64,000 bases of DNA, from the NCBI GenBank assembly GCA_030610945.1, contig JAUWQV010000001.1, forward strand, positions 25,901 through 89,900, read 5' to 3'. The DNA comes from Methanocellales archaeon. GTDB lineage: Archaea > Halobacteriota > UBA148 > JAUWXC01. The notes beneath the pieces were generated by a model. It worked only from the letters and a program-made list of their open reading frames with translations. It did no database searches and was not told the origin of the DNA. Below are positions 59,407-64,000 of this stretch, in pieces (the stretch's first letter is position 1; each line of letters begins with the position of its first letter). Both the position numbers and the translations under genes were made by a program.

Positions 59407-60633
59407 TCATAGAATGAGATTAAGCAAACCACCCACCAGCAAGGCAGAGGTAATCATGATCACAGCGGATTTGGCCATATCCACTACCCCCAGCTCTTTA
59501 GTTAAAACGACAAATGTAGCCACGCATGGAAAATACATCGCCAGTACCACGCTGGCCACTATCGTTTGGGACATCGTCAAACCAAGGGGCAAAAGCATCC
59601 CTATAGCCACATCTTTACGCAGAAAGCCAACTATGAGCGCCCCAACCGCCTCTTCTGGCAGTCCGAGCAGGCCAACCACTATAGGAGCGGTGATTTTGCC
59701 TATGAATTCGATGATCCCCAATATATAAAGAACATTTACGACGAATACGCCCAGCAGCACATACGGAACTGCCTCCCCCAGAAAGAACCGTATTCTCATC
59801 CACAGTTTCTTCAGTAATGCACCCCAATATGGAATCCTATAGGGTGGGACTTCCATGAATATCTCTGGACTCTCGCCCTTCAAAATTTTGTTGAGCAAAA
59901 GTCCAAGGACTATCCATACCATGAAAAGTGTCAAAAAAACGATTCCCAAACCCTTCGCACCATATACTCCTACTAGACCAACTATCATGGCGAGCTGAGC
60001 CATACAAGGAACTGCTATCGCCATAAGAGTTGCAGCGATGAAAACCTGCCTCTTCGTCTCCATGACTCTGGTGGATAGAGCTCCAGGAACGTTGCACCCC
60101 AGGCCGAGCAGGAATGGGATTATGGCTAAGCCATGCAAGCCTATTCTGTGCATTACGCTATCTATCAACACAGCTAATCTTGGCAAATAGCCACTGTCTT
60201 CTAGAAAACCCAGTACCAGATAAAATGCAAAGACATAAGGCAAAACCATTGCAAAAGGAACATAGAGCCCGGTGGTTAGCAAACCCATGGACTGCACATA
60301 ATCTACTTTTCCCTCTATTAGCGTTCCAATCAAAACGTCATGGACAAACCCGGGACCCAGTAGCTCGCTCAATTTCATCACTAGAGGAGCATAAATATCA
60401 AATATCGGCTCGAATACGTAACCGATTAGCCCTTCGCCAACAAATCTTATAAACCCGAAGGTTAGAAGCAGGACCACTATGGCTATGGGAAGACCGGTCA
60501 TGGGCTTAATGCTCGCGTCTCCCATTCTCTCTAAAAAGGTGTGGTGACGATGGGTCACGGTCTGTACCTGACTGACTATTCTGCCAACCGCAGCCCATCT
60601 TTGCTCATCAGTACGTTCATCGTTGACTGGCAT
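59407..60633 (-). CDS. feoB: FeoB membrane (gate) portion
   Basis: LEDSGYLPR, LGLGCNVP, FLRKD, YFPCVATF; ATG at 60633 preceded by AGGGGGA. Confidence 0.85.
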   Translation of the reverse strand: MPVNDERTDEQRWAAVGRIVSQVQTVTHRHHTFLERMGDASIKPMTGLPIAIVVLLLTFGFIRFVGEGLIGYVFEPIFDIYAPLVMKLSELLGPGFVHDVLIGTLIEGKVDYVQSMGLLTTGLYVPFAMVLPYVFAFYLVLGFLEDSGYLPRLAVLIDSVMHRIGLHGLAIIPFLLGLGCNVPGALSTRVMETKRQVFIAATLMAIAVPCMAQLAMIVGLVGVYGAKGLGIVFLTLFMVWIVLGLLLNKILKGESPEIFMEVPPYRIPYWGALLKKLWMRIRFFLGEAVPYVLLGVFVVNVLYILGIIEFIGKITAPIVVGLLGLPEEAVGALIVGFLRKDVAIGMLLPLGLTMSQTIVASVVLAMYFPCVATFVVLTKELGVVDMAKSAVIMITSALLVGGLLNLIL

Positions 60634-61132
60634 CTTTCCCCCTGGCCACTGTACAAAGCATAGCCTCTGACAACTTGGAGACAAGTTCTTTGACCCCTTC
60701 GCCAGTAATGGCAACCGTCGGCACTACTGGAACACCTAAAAGTTCTTCAAGTTTTTCCACGTCGATGATGATGCCTTTGTGCTTTGCCTCGTCCCACATG
60801 TTAAGCGCTATGATTGCTGGTGTTTTCCTTTCCAGTAGTTGAAGCGCCAGGTATAAACTCCTCTCCAGATTTGTAGCATCCACCACATTGACAACCAAAT
60901 CTCCCTTTTTCAGCATCTCGACAGCCACTTCCTCTGCCTTGGAGAACGGTTCCAGAGTGTACGTCCCAGGTACGTCGATTACTTCTGTCCACTTATTCCC
61001 AAGCTTCATTGTGCCCTTCTTGAACTCAACAGTAGTACCAGGATAGTTTGAAACTATGACATTTACTCCTGTTAGCCGGGAGAATATGGCACTCTTCCCC
61101 ACGTTGGGGTTTCCCATCAGAAGTATTCTCAC
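60617..61132 (-). CDS. feoB: FeoB N-terminal GTPase portion
   Basis: GNPNVGKS, NYPGTTV, DVPG, NMWD; in a different frame from the membrane part. Confidence 0.85.
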   Translation of the reverse strand: MRILLMGNPNVGKSAIFSRLTGVNVIVSNYPGTTVEFKKGTMKLGNKWTEVIDVPGTYTLEPFSKAEEVAVEMLKKGDLVVNVVDATNLERSLYLALQLLERKTPAIIALNMWDEAKHKGIIIDVEKLEELLGVPVVPTVAITGEGVKELVSKLSEAMLCTVARGKDASQR

Positions 61133-61359
61133 CCCTTCACCTCTACAAAGATTTTTGTTGCCATTCCCCTTCCGATTGCGACCCTGGCTCCATCTACTTC
61201 AACGACAATCGGACCCCTAAGGGGCCCAGAAGTTATCTTTCGAACCGTCTTCTCAACTCTGATGCCCAGTGATGCCATACGCCTTTGAAATCCTGTGCCG
61301 CCTTCTAGGTGTTTTACTATTGCAACTTTTCCGATGCCCAGTTCAGTCAATGTGATCAT
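61129..61359 (-). CDS. feoA: Ferrous iron transport protein A
   Basis: RMASLGIR, GPIVV, AIGRGMA. Confidence 0.92.
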   Translation of the reverse strand: MITLTELGIGKVAIVKHLEGGTGFQRRMASLGIRVEKTVRKITSGPLRGPIVVEVDGARVAIGRGMATKIFVEVKG

Positions 61360-61787
61360 AGAAACGTCTCCTTTTTAATACAACATGATGCCCGCGCAAT
61401 TGGATTTCCGTCAGGGCATTGCTGAGGATGTTTCATCAGCGAGCAAAATCGTCGCTCCACATCATCAGATATCACATGCTCCAGCCTGCATGCCTCCTTG
61501 TGTGCGCTATCTTCACCCATCTCCAGAAAATCAACCAGAAATCGTTCCAATAACCTGTGCCTCCGCTTTACTTTCCGGGCAATATTCAGCCCTTTTTTAG
61601 TTAGGGATGCCCCATAGTATGGCCGATAATCTATATATTCTTCCTCAGCCAGCTTCTGTAGCATCTCTGTTACGCTCGCGGGTGCCACCCCCATAAGAGA
61701 TGCAATTTCGGTGGTCTTCGCTGGTTTTCCACCTTCGGTCAAGGTGTGTAACGCCTCAAGATATTCCTCAGGTCGCTCCTCGTTCAT
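61356..61787 (-). CDS. DtxR/MntR-family metal-dependent repressor
   Basis: EEYLE, ASVTEMLQKL, RRHRLLERFL, EACRLEH, CPDGNPI. Confidence 0.93.
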   Translation of the reverse strand: MNEERPEEYLEALHTLTEGGKPAKTTEIASLMGVAPASVTEMLQKLAEEEYIDYRPYYGASLTKKGLNIARKVKRRHRLLERFLVDFLEMGEDSAHKEACRLEHVISDDVERRFCSLMKHPQQCPDGNPIARASCCIKKETFL

Positions 61788-61796
61788 ACAACCAGA

Positions 61797-61816
61797 TTTT
61801 TAGGGATGCCAAAAAA
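61797..61816. promoter_or_regulatory. Candidate DtxR-family operator
   Basis: TTTTTAGGGATGCCAAAAAA approximates TTAGG-N4-CCTAA; sits between the minus-strand TTTATAT box and the ATG. Confidence 0.65.
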
Positions 61817-61833
61817 TATAAAGGTTTGCATGC

Positions 61834-62853
61834 CTACTTGCCCTCTTGGACCTTATGTGCATAATACAGCTTCTTGCGATAGAAACTCAGCGGATGCGAA
61901 ACTCTTTCGCACAATGTCTCCTTCCCAACACAGTTGCCATACGTCGCCATTGTTGCACATGAAGGGGCAGTATATGCCGTCCCGGACGAGCCAAGGATGT
62001 GCTGGACCTGATACCTTGTCTTCTCTTCATCGAAGTCAGGCAAAACCCTGTAGATGTCGATGATTTGGTCTGCACTCATCCCTATATTGGACAGGAAAGA
62101 TGTAAGTGCAAATCGCGCGGAATGCGCGAGGTTTTGCCCACTTTGAACAGTAGCTAACATGTGCCTGATGCACGGCGGAAAACATTCTGAGTTAATTTCA
62201 GCAAACTCATCTATTTTGAGCTCGGATTTGCGTTGTTCCAGATGGCCTTTGACTTCCTCAATGTGCGAGGATAGCGATTCGCACACATCCTCTGGGACAT
62301 CTACAGGAAGCGATGCCTGAATTTTCTCCCGTATCGCCTCCTGAAGCAGTCTGGCAAACTCCCCCTTGGCCATGAGCACATAACTTTTCTCCAAGCGGCG
62401 ATTCGCCAATTTCCATTTTGGGTCCCCCATCCTGCTGGCAAACCGCAGATAATTGGTGAAGTGCATCTGGAGCTCGTTCCCTATGGTAGTGCACTGGATG
62501 CCGAACTCTTTTCCCACTTCTTCTAAAAACGCGGGAGATTCAGACTTCATCTGCGCATACGCTGCTTTGGCTTCAACCAATGCATATCTCCGGATAAGAT
62601 AATAGTCCCCTATGCACGAAATGATAAGCCTGGCAAGCGGATAAGAGAAAAGTTCCACCTCAGCCAGGATGTCGTCGCCAAATGACTTTTTTATTTCTCC
62701 ATCTATGGCTTGAATAACTCTCTCTTTTGCCCTGGCAATGACAGCTTTTCCAAACTCGCCATCACTTAAGAAATCCTCCAGCGATTTGCCAGAGCGTTTT
62801 ACATAATCGGATGCTTTGGAAGTAAAAGGATAATATGCAAGCCTTAACTCCAT
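61834..62853 (-). CDS. priL: DNA primase large subunit
   Basis: LAYYPF, FPPCI, HSARF, TRYQVQHI, YTAPSCATM. Confidence 0.94.
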   Translation of the reverse strand: MELRLAYYPFTSKASDYVKRSGKSLEDFLSDGEFGKAVIARAKERVIQAIDGEIKKSFGDDILAEVELFSYPLARLIISCIGDYYLIRRYALVEAKAAYAQMKSESPAFLEEVGKEFGIQCTTIGNELQMHFTNYLRFASRMGDPKWKLANRRLEKSYVLMAKGEFARLLQEAIREKIQASLPVDVPEDVCESLSSHIEEVKGHLEQRKSELKIDEFAEINSECFPPCIRHMLATVQSGQNLAHSARFALTSFLSNIGMSADQIIDIYRVLPDFDEEKTRYQVQHILGSSGTAYTAPSCATMATYGNCVGKETLCERVSHPLSFYRKKLYYAHKVQEGK

Positions 62854-62855
62854 AT

Positions 62856-63596
62856 TCAATCCGATTCGATTCTTGGAGCAAGTAGGTATTCAACCTTGCC
62901 CTTGCCGCCTGCTACGCCGAAGTTGATCTTAATAGGATAGTCCTTCCCGAGATGGAGCGTAACCTCATTTGCCTTGTTGATTGCCTTGCCCATATCGCTC
63001 AGGTAATCAAGCGAAAATAGAGAACGTGCTGGACCGGATGTGTCCAAACCGATCAGTTCGTCTTTAGTTAGTTGAAGCTTAACCCGATTTGTATCGCCTT
63101 CTGCTTCCATAAAAAACGCGCTTCCATCAACACCAAACGCCAGGTGGTCGCTCACCTTCTCTGCCGCCTTGATGGCCCTATACAAATCCCTTCCCTTTAA
63201 TGTTACCTTTGCAGGTAGCTCCAGATTTGGCACCTTCGGCTCCTTTCGCATCGCTGCAAGGTCGAGCAGTGAAAGCGTATATGCCAGTCCGCCCATTTTG
63301 AGGAGCAGGTTATGTGCCTCTGGGTCCAATTTGAGCTCTATTTTGTCTGACCTCTCAGCCATACTCAAGATATCCATGAGCGTCATCAAACTAAGCCCAA
63401 TCTCGCCATCTGTGCACTCATATGATTCAAATGCATCTGGATGAAGGTCAAAAGATATCATTGCAACGTTTGCCGGATCTACTGCCTTGATGCTGATGCC
63501 ATCTTTGTTAAGCCTAAATTTCGCCTCATCTACAAGAGTGGAGACTGCCTCAATTGAGTCCTTAAATATGTCTGCGTTGATTACAGCCTTGAACAT
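62856..63596 (-). CDS. pcn: PCNA sliding clamp
   Basis: AVDPANVAM, FSLDYL, YLLAPRIE. Confidence 0.97.
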   Translation of the reverse strand: MFKAVINADIFKDSIEAVSTLVDEAKFRLNKDGISIKAVDPANVAMISFDLHPDAFESYECTDGEIGLSLMTLMDILSMAERSDKIELKLDPEAHNLLLKMGGLAYTLSLLDLAAMRKEPKVPNLELPAKVTLKGRDLYRAIKAAEKVSDHLAFGVDGSAFFMEAEGDTNRVKLQLTKDELIGLDTSGPARSLFSLDYLSDMGKAINKANEVTLHLGKDYPIKINFGVAGGKGKVEYLLAPRIESD

Positions 63597-63673
63597 TTTT
63601 ACACCCTTTCTTGATAGGAACCTATCGGCTTATAATCATTTTGATAACAAACAAAGAGTTCGTCTTAAATATT

Positions 63674-63982
63674 CTACGAGTATTCTCGCCAGGTTTTGTC
63701 GCACTTCGTGCACCTGAAGAATCGCACCTCGCCCTCATCTGCGGAGCGCAGCTGGCGGAGCCACCAATATGCCTTATTGTTTCCGCATTCGGGACAGCGT
63801 GCCTTTATAGTTGGCAATCCTGCCCGCTCCTTTTCCTCGATGACAGGCATCTCTTTTTCGTGCATAGACTCTTTGGAGATGAATGTTGTATCGTCTCTTT
63901 TTTCGGTATGCCCGCACCTGCGACACTTTAACTCGTCACCTGACGGCAACAGCATACTACCGCATTTTTGACAGAATTTCAT
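63674..63982 (-). CDS. tfs: Transcription elongation factor TFS
   Basis: MKFCQKCG, CPECGN, QLRSADE, CTKC. Confidence 0.93.
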   Translation of the reverse strand: MKFCQKCGSMLLPSGDELKCRRCGHTEKRDDTTFISKESMHEKEMPVIEEKERAGLPTIKARCPECGNNKAYWWLRQLRSADEGEVRFFRCTKCDKTWREYS

Positions 63983-64000
63983 CGATATTCTCCTTGGCAT

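Noticed and set aside
60620-60674. Bulge-helix-bulge intron explaining the feoB split
   Set aside because: The best BHB-like pairing (CUUU/AAAG) would excise 21 nt and not restore the frame. I found no convincing BHB among the frame-restoring lengths tried by hand.

Overview
This is archaeal chromosomal DNA, probably from an anaerobic Halobacteriota (Methanosarcinia/Methanocellia/Syntropharchaeia-like) organism. That placement is inferred from gene content: archaeal PEP carboxylase, Topo VI with a C-terminal extension, PoK/PPS CoA genes, GGR with ferredoxin, GINS, PriS/PriL, PCNA and TFS. Most of the window is housekeeping: ppcA, three tRNAs, nreA, SufCB-like SMS, mre11-rad50, top6BA, thiL, coaBC-pok-pps, hisD, aspS, smc-scpAB, rnhB, trkAHA, pckA and the priS-GINS-L44e-S27e-aIF2a-nop10 cluster. 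Five things stand out. (1) A minus-strand locus at 16.3-20.0 kb encodes two paralogous secreted tetraheme c-type cytochromes sharing an S-LFAGQH N-terminus. They flank a dedicated SipW/Sec11-type signal peptidase, with a membrane protein and a lipoprotein alongside, making a candidate cytochrome-nanowire assembly operon organised like tapA-sipW-tasA. (2) The Rad50/SbcC has no zinc-hook cysteines and carries a PIP-like N-terminus, with a divergent orphan nifB directly downstream. (3) A 15-kb metal block between priL and priS holds Ni ECF/NikR, ZupT, Feo/DtxR and an uncharacterised DUF134-Mrp-Fd-DUF5320-NifX-like-COG1149 operon, with readable operators for all three regulators. (4) feoB is split, and there are several pseudogene relics. 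(5) A candidate structured RNA follows scpB. No CRISPR array, rRNA, integrase or transposase was seen. All family calls come from motif recognition without database searches.
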